A stretch of 64,000 nt of DNA from contig NW_027590388.1 of the NCBI RefSeq assembly GCF_964213995.1, positions 248,001 through 312,000 on the forward strand, written 5' to 3'. Position 1 is the first letter of the stretch. Every line of letters begins with the position of its first letter. The notes beneath the pieces were generated by a model that saw only the letters and a program-made list of their open reading frames with translations, was not told where the DNA came from and made no database searches. This DNA comes from Mustelus asterias (lineage: Eukaryota). The position numbers were made by a program, and so were the translations under genes. Positions 12,307 through 24,277 of this stretch are shown here, one piece after another.

Positions 12307-13185
12307 TTGAACCAGTTACACAGCCTGAAAAAACATCACACCATTCACAGCAGGGAGGAACCGTACATGTGCAGTGTGTGTAGTCAACTGATCATCAACC
12401 TGGAGAGACACAAGGATACCGGCACCATGGAGAAACCATGGAAATGTGAGGATTGTGGGAAGGGATTCAAATGGCCATCCCAGCTGGAAATCCATCAGCG
12501 CACTCACACTGGGGAGAGGCCATTCACCTGCTCCATGTGTGGGAAGGGATTCAGAGAGTCATCCAACCTGCTGCAACACCAGCGAGTTCACACTGACCTG
12601 AGACCTTTTAAATGTCCAGACTGCGGGAAGGGCTATAAAAGTTCTGGGGACCTGATGTCCCATCAACGTGTTCACACTGACCAGAGGCCATTTAGGTGCT
12701 CTCACTGCGGGACTGGGTTCAGGAAATCATCTGAATTCACTGTACACCAGCGCACTCACACTGGGGAGAGGCCATTCACCTGCTCCATGTGTGGGAAGGG
12801 GTTCATTAATTCATCCAACCTGTCGAGACACCAGCGCACTCACTCTGATGCAAGAACTTTTAAATGTCCTGACTGTGAGGAGAGCTTTAAAAACAGTGAT
12901 AATCTGCTGAGACATCGACGCACTCACACTGGAGAGAGGCCATTCGCCTGCTCTGAGTGTGGGAAGGGATTCACTCGATCAGCCGCACTGCTGACACACC
13001 GGCGAGTTCACAGCGGAGAGAGGCCGTTCACCTGCTCCGAGTGTGGGAAAAGATTTACTTGTTCATCTCATCTATTGAAACACCAGCGCACTCACACTGT
13101 GGAGAGACCATTCACCTGCTCTGAGTGTGGGAAGGGATTCACTCAATCTTCTAACCTGCTGACACACCAGCAAATTCACAAGTGA
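12307..13185 (+). CDS. C2H2 ZNF Z4A, 9 fingers (probable start accATGg at 12427, MEKPWKC)
   Basis: Intact finger array ending HQQIHK*; acceptor ccttttacag near 12082. Confidence 0.9.
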   Translation: MNQLHSLKKHHTIHSREEPYMCSVCSQLIINLERHKDTGTMEKPWKCEDCGKGFKWPSQLEIHQRTHTGERPFTCSMCGKGFRESSNLLQHQRVHTDLRPFKCPDCGKGYKSSGDLMSHQRVHTDQRPFRCSHCGTGFRKSSEFTVHQRTHTGERPFTCSMCGKGFINSSNLSRHQRTHSDARTFKCPDCEESFKNSDNLLRHRRTHTGERPFACSECGKGFTRSAALLTHRRVHSGERPFTCSECGKRFTCSSHLLKHQRTHTVERPFTCSECGKGFTQSSNLLTHQQIHK

Positions 13186-13485
13186 GTGCAGAGGTTGGAG
13201 TTCTCTGTTATTGCTGCTGTTGATCACATTGAGGACTAAATGTGTGGATTAAACCTGAGGTGTGTAAGGAATGTGTCCCAGCTGCTCTCTTCCATGGTTC
13301 AGAGCTCCTCGGCACGGAACAGAGGCTCCTTTACAACTGTGTTTAGAGTCAGGAAGAACAACAGTGAATGCTGGAAACATGCTGTCAAATCAGAGATTGT
13401 TGTAAAACTGGGATCTGTTCCTGAGTGAGAGTGAAACAGCAGGTTTAAGTTTCCTGTCTGGAACTGATTGTGGTAATTATGGTAA

Positions 13486-13862
13486 TCATAGAATCCCTAC
13501 AATGCAGAAGGAGGCCATTTGGCCCATCGAGTCTGTACCGACTCTCTGTCAGAGCATCTTAGAACATAGAACATAGAACATTACAGCGCAGAACAGGCCC
13601 TTCGGCCCACGATGTTGCACCGACCAGTTAAAAAAAAAACTGTGACCCTCCAACCTAAACCAATTTCTTTTCGTCCATGAACCTATCTACGGATCTCTTA
13701 AACGCCCCTTCCCCAGACACACCCCTCCCACGCTAGCCCCATTACCCCACGCATTTACCCCACTAATCCCCCTAACCATAACATCTTGGGACATCTATGG
13801 GGCAATTTAGCATTGGTCAATCTGTCTAACCTGTACATCTTTGCACTGTGGGAGGCAACCAG
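13486..13862 (-). mobile_element. Partial HE1-like SINE interrupted by a CR1 3' tail (13561-13708)
   Basis: Insert matches the reverse complement of ~4186-4345 and is absent from copy B at ~55200. Confidence 0.8.
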
Positions 13863-14554
13863 GGAGCATTTCCGTGGAGATGCTGCTTCTACCCAGAGTG
13901 TAATGGTAATGCTGCTGCACTTTGATACGACTGCTCAGACATCAGACTGTGTCAGCTCTTATTGATAGTGAATAAAATCTAACCACTGTCACCAATAAGG
14001 GCTATTACTGGGAATCATTTCAGAGTTTGGGAAAAGAGAATAAAGGGCTAATGGACACCCCGAATCCCAATTCTATAGATTAAAAGGATGTTCACAATGC
14101 TCTGGGTCCAAATGGTTTCTCTTCAGCTCCTCTGCACCTGTTACTGTGACTCCACACTTTGGGCACATGGACTGAACCCCAGGGGTTCCGTCACCACCTG
14201 CCCCAATCGCCCAGTCTCCTGCCCCGATTGGCTGGAGGCCCATTTCCCAGTCAGTCTTCCAGCACCTTCCTGTCTCTCTATCAGTGCGACGTCCAGGGCA
14301 GTTTCCCAACTGGGGCACAGGCCCCATTATTCTCAGCTAAATTCAGCTCTTAGCTCCGTTGCCTGGCTGGCATTGACACAAGCAATAGAGACAGAAAGGT
14401 GCCCCAGGGTCAAGTGGGAACCTGAAACTTGTAGCTTTCAACAAACTCTTCAACATTTGTGCATTCAATACCTGTTTTTGTATGAGGTTGTTATTTTTCC
14501 ATTGAGGCACTGGAGGCAAAGAATAACTTTCCCTTTCTAACTTTGTATTGTCTG

Positions 14555-15000
14555 TTGTATCAGCCACGGCGCAGTGGATCACAGTCTTCCACAAGAAACT
14601 ACCAAGGGTCATGAACAAAGCCCAGTCCATCTCACAAACCAGCCTCCCATCCATTGACTCTGTCTACACTTCCCGCTGCCTTGGAAAAGCAACCAGCATA
14701 ATTAAGGACCCCACACAACCTGGACATTCGCTCTTCCATCTTCTTCTGTTGGGAAAAAGATACAAAAGTCTGAGGACACGTACCAACCGACTCAAGAACA
14801 GCTTCTTCCCTGCTGCCATCAGACTTTTGAATGGACTTACCTTGCATTAAGTTAATCTTTCTCCACATCCTAGCTATGACTGTAACACTACATTCTGCAC
14901 TCTCTCGTTTCCTTCTCTATAAACGGTATGCTTTGTATAGCGTGCAAGAAACAATACTTTTCACTGTATGTTAATACATGTGACGATAATAAATCAAATC
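14555..15000 (+). mobile_element. Rex1/Babar-like LINE 3' end
   Basis: SRCLGKATSIIKDPTQPGHSLF...RTNRLKNSFFPAAIRLLN; ends aataaatcaaatc. Confidence 0.7.
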
Positions 15001-16589
15001 TTCACTCTGAATCTGAAGATTGTTCTTTCCAATCCAAGTCCATTGACCTGAGGCCAACATTCAAAGTGCCAGCACTGAGGGAGTGCTGCATTATTAGAGC
15101 TGCTGCCTTTAGGATGAGATGTCAACCCAAGTACCCCATCTGCCCCTTTTATCCCCAAAGTGACCATTACCTGACATCAGAGTTGGGCTGATTGTGACGT
15201 GACACTTGGTCAATTTGGTGACCAGATTAATTTAACCGGATCCCCAATTACTGACACCACCTTCTCTCATTATCTTAGACAGGAATACAATTGCACAGTT
15301 TCACACTAACCCTTTATCTGATTCTATACAATCAGGTACTCAGACAATTTCAAATTCTGAGACAAATCAGAGCTTGAAGTTCTCTCTTGAAAATACATTT
15401 ATCATCATTGCACATTCTTCACATACACAGCAATTCAGATTATAATTTTTACAGCAAATAAAACTCAGCTTTTACGATAAGCCGACATGTGACACTAATA
15501 GATAAATTTAAAAACAGTGACTGATTCTTGATTGATTTATTAATTGTAACTCAATTAAATCTCACGACTTCTCCAATCATCTATTGCTGATCGCCAGCTA
15601 ATTAATACAGTAATCTTTAATTAATATACTTGGCTACTACAAGATAGACTAGTTCAGAAAATGTGTGCCACGGAAATGTATACAGCAACATCATGCTGAG
15701 CAGAGCATATAAAAACTGCATTCATCGTGGACCCAAATGTATGGATTTCATTTTTGATGAGACTTTGTAGAAATGGAATTGTTATTTTTAAAAGACAGTT
15801 TGTAGAAAGACAACAGCTTTCTTCCTTACTAATCCTGACCAGACTGAACCTTATTCTTCAGCTGGACTTTGGAAGAATATGATATCCTGTAGCTTATCAA
15901 AATTAGAGAATAATTTCTTCCTTTAAACAATTTCTGCTGGCTCTGCGGTTTCTGGAAACATTTCAGGTGATTCAGTGTTAATATTTTAAAATAAAGATCT
16001 AGCCTTTATGATGTAATTGTCTATTACACTGAGTCACGAACGATATCTTAATCAAGGTTCATTACTGAATCTGTTTCATGACTGGGTTTTAATATAAAAT
16101 CAATTTGTAGCAAATAAAGACAACTGACAGAAGGTGAACAGACTGTTAGAAGCCACATGTTTTGAGTTTAAAATGGCTTCCTTGACCTTGTTACTTATAG
16201 CAATGAACATGGTATGAAAATGATTGAATTTTAAAACTAAATTTGATTACCCAGGCCTGCAGTTTCCTCCATTAGCACAGTCACTACAATTCACAGAACT
16301 TCATTCACTGTATAATGCTTCAGGACAAAGGCAGAGTTCGATAGATTCCAGAGAAACAAGGTGGTGAAAGGTTATCAGGGGGAGGTGGGAATGTGGAGTT
16401 GAGGTTTCAATTAGATCAGCCATGATCGTGTTGAATGGCAGAACAGGCTCCTGATTCACATGTTCATCTGACACCCGGTGGTTGTGAGAGGTGCTACAGA
16501 AATGCAATTTTTTCTTGTTCTCCACAATATTGTATATATTACACTCAGTCCCTGCATCAAAATCATTGTTAAAGGTTGAGTCTAAATTT

Positions 16590-16930
16590 GACACATTTTG
16601 AATGATGGGCTGCTTTTCTCTAGAAAAGAGAAGACTGAAGGGTGACCTGATGGAAGTCTTTAAGGTTATGAAGGGGTTCAATAATCCAATAGGGATTTCA
16701 GTGAGAAACCTCTTTACCAGCGAGTGGTGAGAATGTGGAACTCACTACCACAGCGAGTGGTTGAGGTGAACAGCATGAATACATTGAAGGGGAAGCTGGA
16801 TGAGGGAGGGAGAAAGAAATAGAAGGATATGCTGATGGGGGGAGATGAAGAGGGGTGGGTGGAGGCTCATGTGGAGCATAAATACTGACACAGACCAATT
16901 GAGCCGACTGGCCTGGCCCTGTGCTGTAGA
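16590..16930 (+). mobile_element. Decayed CR1 3' fragment containing the single ancestral 33-bp unit (16718-16761)
   Basis: Remnant RRLKGDLMEVFK and QRVVRMWNSLPQRVVE. Confidence 0.75.
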
Positions 16931-17224
16931 CTCAATGGAACAGAGACTAATGTATTTATTTTAGATCTACCTGTAGTGGTAGGAAAAACACTATTTACTG
17001 TCCAGGATAAAATAAATATCCTTCATCAGTTTTTGTGGATCATTTCAGTGGAAATGTGCCCTCGCTCAAAGAGCATCAGCCCACTGGAGGTAAAGTTGTG
17101 AGACCAGCCAGTCCAGCAGAAAGAAACCCTCCGACCCTCTCACTTCACCAACTGTCAGAATGAACATGCTTCAGTCCTGGATGTGATTAATAGCAGCAAT
17201 AACAGCAGAATTCAGCACCTGTCA

Positions 17225-18166
17225 TCACTTGTGAACTCGCCGGTGTCTCAGCAGCTTTGATGACTGAGTGAATCCTTTCCCACAGTCAGAGCAGGTAAAC
17301 AGTCTCTCCCCAGTGTGAACTCGCTGGTGTGCCCGCAGGTTGGATGAATTACTGAATCCTTTCTCACACTGAGAGCAGGTGAATGGTCTCTCTCCGGTGT
17401 GAACCCGCTGATGTGTCTGCAGGTGGGATGACTGAGTGAATGTTTTCCCACAATTTGGGCAGGTGAATGGTCTCTCCCCAGTGTGCAATCGTCGATGTTT
17501 CTGCAGATTTGATGCATAAGGGAAACGCTTCCCACACTCAGGGCAGATGAACGGCCTCTCCCCAGTGTGAACTCGCTGATGTATCAGCAGATAGGATGAA
17601 TCAGTGAATCCCTTCCCACACTCGGAGCAGCTGAACGGTCTCTCCCTGGTGTGAATTCGCTGGTGTCTCTGCAGGTTGGATGAATTACTGAATCCTTTCC
17701 CACACTCAGAGCAGATGAATGGCCTCTCCCCGGTGTGAACTCGCTCGTGTGTCTGCAGGTGGGATAACTGAGTGAATCCCTTCCCACACTCTGAACACGT
17801 GAACCATTTCTCCCCGGTGTGACCTCGCTGGTGCATCAGCAAGTTGGATGATTCACTGAATCCCTTCCCACAATCGGAACAGGTGAATGGCTTCTCCCCG
17901 CTGTGAACTCGCTTGTGTGTCTGCAGGTGGGATGAACTTGTGAATCCTTTCCCGCACTCAGGGCAGGTGAATGGCCACTCCCCTGTGTGAACTCGTTTGT
18001 GTGTCTGCAGGGAGGATGAATGAGCAAATACCTTCCCACACTCCAAGCAAATGAACGGCCTCTCCCCAGTGTGATTACATCGATGAGTTTCCAGTTGGTG
18101 TGAGAAATTGAATCCTTTACCACAGTCTCCACATTTCCACGGCTTCTCCATGGTGCTGGTGTCCAT
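17225..18166 (-). CDS. C2H2 ZNF Z5A, 11 fingers
   Basis: Intact [15 protein letters not shown]...RVHK*. Confidence 0.9.
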   Translation of the reverse strand: MDTSTMEKPWKCGDCGKGFNFSHQLETHRCNHTGERPFICLECGKVFAHSSSLQTHKRVHTGEWPFTCPECGKGFTSSSHLQTHKRVHSGEKPFTCSDCGKGFSESSNLLMHQRGHTGEKWFTCSECGKGFTQLSHLQTHERVHTGERPFICSECGKGFSNSSNLQRHQRIHTRERPFSCSECGKGFTDSSYLLIHQRVHTGERPFICPECGKRFPYASNLQKHRRLHTGERPFTCPNCGKTFTQSSHLQTHQRVHTGERPFTCSQCEKGFSNSSNLRAHQRVHTGERLFTCSDCGKGFTQSSKLLRHRRVHK

Positions 18167-18957
18167 GTGTCTCTCCCAGTTTGATAGTCAGCTGAAGCCT
18201 CATCCACAACAAAACACCCGAACGGTCTCACCCCAATGTGACTGGTGCTGTCTTTTCAAGCTGTGTTGGAGTTTTTTTCCACAGTCAGTTCACTGGAACG
18301 CTCTCACTCCGATCTATGTGCGTCCATGCTTTTCCAATCACATTTATGGTTGAAATCTCTTGAAGCAGAAGAACAGACAAATATTTCTCTTTGTAGATGC
18401 CAAAGGCGGATGTTGTCCAGGTCCCGATGAATGGAGTTAATCTGTCAGATCACCATGAGTATTTGTTTTGAGATTTCTGTCTGGAAATCCTCTTCTGATA
18501 TCCTGTAACACAAATTTCCAAAATTCATCACTGTCAGTGCAACTTAGAAATTCAGAAAAGACAATTCCAATTTTTATAGAAAATTCTTTACTTTTTCCCA
18601 CTATACACCCTCCCAATTCTCCTAAAGGTGCCAATTCATGTTGGTTAACCAATCTATGCTCACCACTTCCTGTTCAAATGTGTGTAATATGCAGCACTCA
18701 TTACTTGGTTGGAGATATGGTGGGTGCAGCGAGTGATCATGATCTGGAACTGGGTGCCCACGGATCTGGTGGCATTGAAAGCAATTAAAGATTTCAAACT
18801 GAAATTGGAGGCACACTTGAAGGAAATAATCTTGCAGGAGAATGAGTAGATGGAGGGGCAATGGGTCTGACTGGATTGCTCTATAAGGAGTTGACATGGA
18901 CTCCTTCTCTATTGGAATAACGATGCCTGGAAATATATTAACATAGTTACAATGTTC

Positions 18958-19298
18958 TCATAGAAACCCTACAGTGCAGAAAGAGGCCATTCGGCCCATC
19001 GAGTCTGCACCGACCACAATCCCACCCAGGCCCTACCCCCATATCCCTACATATTTTACCCACTAATCCCTCTAACCTACACATCTCAGGACACTAAGGG
19101 GCAATTTTAGCATGGCCAATCAACCTAACCCGCACACCTTTGGACTGTGGGAGGAAACCGGAGCACCCGGAGGAAACCCATGCAGACACGAGGAGAATGT
19201 GCAAACTCCACACAGACAGTGACTCGAGGCCAGAATTGAACCCAGGTCCCTGGAGCTGTGAAGCAGCAGTGCTAACCACTGTGCTACCGTGCTGCCCC
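18958..19298 (-). mobile_element. Full-length HE1-like V-SINE with CR1-type tail (type A)
   Basis: tRNA-like head, central domain, tail gactcgatgggccgaatggcctc...tttctatg; partial copies at 19320-19490, 34205-34320, 36062-36160, 38535-38733, 39830-39940, 50930-51055, 55127-55350. Confidence 0.85.
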
Positions 19299-19619
19299 AT
19301 TCTATTACAAGACTAGAATTATAGAATCCCTACAGTGCAGAAGGAGGCTATGCATCTCATCCAGTCTGCACTGACCACAATCCCACCCAGACCCTATTCC
19401 CATAACCCCACTTAATGACCCTGCTATTCCCACAGACACTCGGGTCAATTTTACCACGGCCAATCAACCTAACCCGCACATCATTGGACGAACCTGTGTT
19501 GAAGATATTAAAAAGGCCATGTGTTTAACATAAAGTCAATTTATTTGACTATTATCCACAATATTAACATCTATAAATGGACTGTAGTTTATTAACAGCA
19601 ATGGAAACAGACCCATTCG

Positions 19620-21680
19620 AACATAATAATTAGGAACAGAAGGAGGCCACTTGGCCCCTCGAGCCTGTTCCACCATTCAATAAGATCGTGGCTGATCTGA
19701 TTGTAACCTCAACCCCACATTCCTGCCCACTACCCTCACCAATAATCTTCCATCTCCTTGTTAATCAGGAGACCATCTTGCTCTGTCTTCAAAATATTCC
19801 AAGATTCTGCTTCCTCTGCCTTTTGAGGAAGAGAGTTCCAAAGATCCATGATCCTCTGAGAGAAAACACTTCTCCCTATCTCTGTCTGAAACACATTTTT
19901 AAACAGTGTCTCCTTGTTCAAAATTCTCCTGCAAGAGAAAAAACATCCTTTCCACAACAACCCAGTCAATAGCCCTCAGAAACGTAAAAGGTTTCAATCA
20001 AGGCCCCTCTTGTTCTTCTAAACTCCAGTGAACAAGCCCAGATTCTCCAATCTTTCCTCATAAGACAACCTGCCAATTTCTGGTATTAGTCTGGTAGACA
20101 TTCTCTGAACTGCTTCCAATGCATTTACATTTTCCTTAAATAAGGAGTTCAATACTTTAACAACACTCCAGATGTGGTCTCACCAGTGTCCTGTATGACT
20201 GAAACATAAACTCACTCCTTTTGTAACCACTTTCCTCACAATAAACAATGACATTCTATTAACTTTCCTGATTACTTGCTGTACCTGCATTCCAGCCTTT
20301 TGTGATTCATGCACTAGGACACCTCTGAATCTCAGAGCTCTGCAACCTCTCACTATTTAATGTTTTTTGAAATATTTGGCAGGAATTCCTGCCAAAATTG
20401 ATAATTCCACATTTGCCCATGTTATGCTCCATTTGCCAAATATTTGCCCACTAGCTGAACTTTATCTACATCCCTTTGTAGCCTCCTTACATCCTCTTCA
20501 CAACTTACTTTTCTACCTTTGTGTCCTCAGCAAATTTAGCGACCATGCTTGCATCCAAGTCATTTACATAAATTGTTAAAAGTAGAGGTCCCAGTTCTGA
20601 TCGCTTTGGCACACCACTCGTCACATCCTGTCAACCAGATAAAGATCCATGTGTGCCAACTCTGTTTCCCGTTAGCTCGCCAATCGTCTTTCCATGCCAT
20701 ATTACCCCCACACTGTGAGATTCTATTTTCCACATTAAGCTTTGATGTGGCAGCTTATCAAATGCATTTTGGAAATCTAAGTACAGTACATTCACCTTTG
20801 CTGCCCCATTATCCAATATATAAAGGCACCATCTCCCAGATGTCCCCTTGAGAGGGAGAGCTGACTGGTGGTCACTTAACCTGAGGATCATAAATTCATA
20901 AGATATAGGAGCAGAATTAGACCTTCGGCCAATCGCGTCTGTTCCACCATTCTATCATGGCTGATAACCTCCTCATCCCCATTTTCCTGCCTTCTCCCCA
21001 TAACCCTTCAACCCATTACCAATTAAAAATCTGTCCAACTCCTCTTTAAATTTACTCACTGTCCCAGCATCCACCACCCTTTGGGACAGCGAATTCCACA
21101 GATTCACAACCCTTTGGGAGAAGCAGTTTCTCCTCAACTCTGTTTTAACTTTGCTGCCCCTTATCCTAAGGCTATGACCTCTCATCCTAGAATGCCCCAG
21201 AAGAGGAAGCATCCGTTCCACGTCTGCTTTATCCATACCTTTCATCATCTTGGATCACCACACCTCACGTGAGGGGCAAGATTGAGGAGACGGCACCTTC
21301 ATGAATAACCTTGGTTGGCACGAGAATTGAAACTGTGCTGTTGGTGTCGCTGTGCATCACAAACCAGCCACCCGGCCAACTGAGCGAACCGACCCCCTTT
21401 ATCCAAAGTATATGTGACTCCTTCAAAGAACTCCAATAAATAGGTCGAATATGATTTCCCTTTCTCAAACCATGCTGACTCTCTCTGGTTGTCTGAATTT
21501 TTCTCATTCTCATGATATCTTTAATAAAGATATTTTCCCTACATCAGGTTTTATATTAAGTGGTCTTTAGTTTCCTTTTTGCCTCCCTCCTTTTTTTGAA
21601 TAAAGGAGTTACATTTGCTACTTTGCAATCTACTGGAATCTTCCTCAAATCTCGCGACTGTTAGATAATTAAAACGGTGC
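19620..21680 (-). mobile_element. Nested stack: old CR1, then a tRNA SINE (20830-20890 plus 21252-21395), then a younger CR1 (20891-21251)
   Basis: YLDFQNAFDKLPH and FSQRVVNLWNSL motifs; ggatca duplicated at 20885 and 21252. Confidence 0.7.
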
Positions 21681-21915
21681 TATTTCCTTCCCTGTTCAAA
21701 ATTCTCTGCTGTTCAGGTTACGATACATTGTGCAATTCCATCCAATCCTGATCTGATGTTTTGTGCAAGTTTCCTGACCCCAAATCCTCCCCTTCGAAGA
21801 CCAATTATATCAACACCTATAACAGAGCTGGAGTCACTTTTCAATTCAGCAGAAACAGACCCAAAGGTACATGATTCAGTCTGAACACGAAAACAGCAAA
21901 ATCCAATCACAACAG

Positions 21916-22791
21916 TTACTTGTGAACTCGCTGGTGTCTCAGCAGATTGGATGACTGACTGAATCCCTTTCCACACTTGGAACAAGTGAACGGCTTCTCC
22001 CCGGTGTGAATTCGCTGGTGTGTCAGCAGAGTGGATGAGTGAGCAAATCCATTCCCACACTGGGAGCAGGTGAACGGTCTCTCCCCAGTGTGAGTGCGCT
22101 GGTGTACAGTGAGTTGAGATGATTGCTTGAACCCAGTCCCACAGTGAGAGCACCTGAATGGTTTCTCATCAGTGTGAACACGTTGATGGTAGTGCAGATT
22201 TACAGAATTTTTAAAGCATTTCCCACAGTCTGGACATTTAAAAGGTCTCTCATCAGTGTGAATCCGCTGGTGTGTGGAGAGGGTGGCTGACTGAGCAAAT
22301 CTCTTCCCACACTGGGAGCAAGTGAATGGCCTCTCCCCAGTGTGAATTCGCTGGTGTAATGCGAGGTTGGAAGACTGAGCGAATCCCTTCCCACACTGGG
22401 AGCAGGTGAACGGCCTTTCCCCAGTGTGGATTCGCCGATGTTTCAGCAGATGGGATGAGGCAGTGAATCCTTTCCCACACTGGGAGCAGTTGAATGGTCT
22501 CTCGTCAGTGTGAGTTCTCTGGTGTATGTGTAAGCTGTTTGACTGAGTGAATCCCCTCCCACACTGGGAGCAGGTGAATGGTCTCTCCCCACTGTGACTG
22601 CGCCGATGAATCTCCAGCTGGGAAGGGTAATCGAATCCCTTCCCACAGTCCCCACATTTCCACAGCTTCTCCCTGTTGCGACTGCAATTATGTTCCGAAA
22701 GGCTGGATGATTGGTTAAAGTCTTGTCCACACACAGAACACGTGTACAGTTTCTCTTCACTGTGAACGGTGCTATTTCCTTCCATGTTCAA
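21916..22791 (-). CDS. C2H2 ZNF Z6, 9 complete fingers plus 1 degenerate (probable ATG 22785)
   Basis: Intact array ending HQRVHK*; acceptor aatttcacag near 22895. Confidence 0.9.
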   Translation of the reverse strand: MNMEGNSTVHSEEKLYTCSVCGQDFNQSSSLSEHNCSRNREKLWKCGDCGKGFDYPSQLEIHRRSHSGERPFTCSQCGRGFTQSNSLHIHQRTHTDERPFNCSQCGKGFTASSHLLKHRRIHTGERPFTCSQCGKGFAQSSNLALHQRIHTGERPFTCSQCGKRFAQSATLSTHQRIHTDERPFKCPDCGKCFKNSVNLHYHQRVHTDEKPFRCSHCGTGFKQSSQLTVHQRTHTGERPFTCSQCGNGFAHSSTLLTHQRIHTGEKPFTCSKCGKGFSQSSNLLRHQRVHK

Positions 22792-23489
22792 AACACAATG
22801 ATATTCAGGTTACAATAAATTGGCTAACTCCATCAGGTTTTGATATAATATTTGGTTTCAGTTTCCCAACTGCAAATCCTCTTCTTCTAAAACCCTGTGA
22901 AATTGATTTAAAACAGAAAAAAGGAAGTGAGAGAGAACCCACAAAAACACAAAGGCAGTTTGTGAAATTGAGCTGAATGAATCTGGTCATTTGTGGGGCT
23001 GGCACTCGGAAAAAGTGATCATGAAAACTGCTGGATTGTCATAAAAACCCAGCGGGTTCACTGATATCCTTCAGGGCAGGAAATCTGCCACACGGTCTGG
23101 ACACAAGACTCTGGACACTGAGAGAAGACAGAAAGAAGTAGGAGAAGTCGGGGTGAAGGAGAGGGATTTTGTACATTGACAACTCAATGAGAACTTTGAC
23201 AGAAAGTTTCCCAAACCCTCAACCTCCACCCACCTAGAAGGACCAGGGTAGCAAATAGATGGGAACACCATCACCTTCAAGTTCCTCTCCAACTCACACA
23301 CCATCCTGACTTATCTGACATCCAGTACTAAAAGAACAGAAATTTCTTTCATATAAACACTGGGAAGACAACCCATTGTCTTCAGTGTCAAAGTGAGGGA
23401 GCGAAAGGATGTCAATGTCTTTGAGCGAGAAAGAAAAAGAGACCTGGGCCGAGTCTTGCTCCTAATTCCGATGTTGTCTGTTTCCTTTC

Positions 23490-23930
23490 CAGAGTCTGCA
23501 CCCTCCCTGGATTCACTTCCTTTCCCTTCAGTTGTTGCAAGTCCCCAATTTCCCCCAGAATGAGAAAAGAAACATTGATTTCCTCCCAGATGTTGTCCAG
23601 AAGAGGAAGTTTCAATCTGAACATCGTTGGCCAACTTCCGCATTGAGACGTCACAATGGAACCGAGCCTGAATTAGCCAATAGGAATAAGTCTGTACCGA
23701 TGTGACGTCCTGGAGTTCCAGTGTGCAGGCCCGGGCGTGCAGACATGGGAGCCCCGCCCCCTCCCATTGATTCCCCCGCCCCCTGCCATCTCCTCGAGCC
23801 AAGGTTTCCAGGCAACCGGCTGGCGGCTCCGGCCAGAGCGAGAAGCCGCTCGGTGATCTCCCCCTCCCCCCTCTCTCTCCGGCGGCTGCTCCAAAAAGAG
23901 ATCGAGAGCGACCGCTGGCGCCAGCCGCAC
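23490..23930. promoter_or_regulatory. CpG-rich promoter module P3
   Basis: Homologous to the P1 exon-1 region; acttccgc (ETS), tgacgtc/gacgtca (CRE-like), agccaat, ccccgcccc (GC box), X-box-like gtttccaggcaac. Confidence 0.6.
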
Positions 23931-24167
23931 TGCGCCTGCTCCGGACAGCTCGGCTCAGCAGCGCTCTCTGCGCCTGCTCCGGACAACTCGGCTCAGCAGC
24001 GCTCTCTGCGCCTGCTCCGGACAGCTCGGCTCAGCAGCGCTCTCTGCGCCTGCTCCGGACAGCTCGGCTCAGCAGCGCTCTCTGCGCCTGCTCCGGACAG
24101 CTCGGCTCAGCAGCGCTCTCTGCGCCTGCTCCGGACAACTCGGCTCAGCAGCGCTCTCTGCGCCTGC
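23930..24167. repeat. 38-bp tandem repeat, 6 units plus 10 bp
   Basis: Unit ctgcgcctgctccggacagctcggctcagcagcgctct. Confidence 0.95.
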
Positions 24168-24277
24168 GTGCTGGGCTGCCAGCTGAGGGAGTGGGGGAGG
24201 GGACTTTGCAAAATCTTCCCACCATTTTCTTCCAAGTCCCGCAGTTTGATTTGAAACAGAACAGCTTCTGTTTGTAG

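Larger units (their letters stand above)
6150..18600. repeat. Segmental duplication, copy A (paralogous to 43342-63440)
   Basis: Collinear near-identical sequence including four ZNF loci, a promoter and shared TE fossils. Confidence 0.92.

Noticed and set aside
16093-16216. TATA box plus MASLTLLLIAMNM|gtatga, resembling a signal-peptide leader exon (also ~58561-58683)
   Set aside because: No downstream V or Ig-like exon is visible, and a similar string occurs in the old repeat at ~39796
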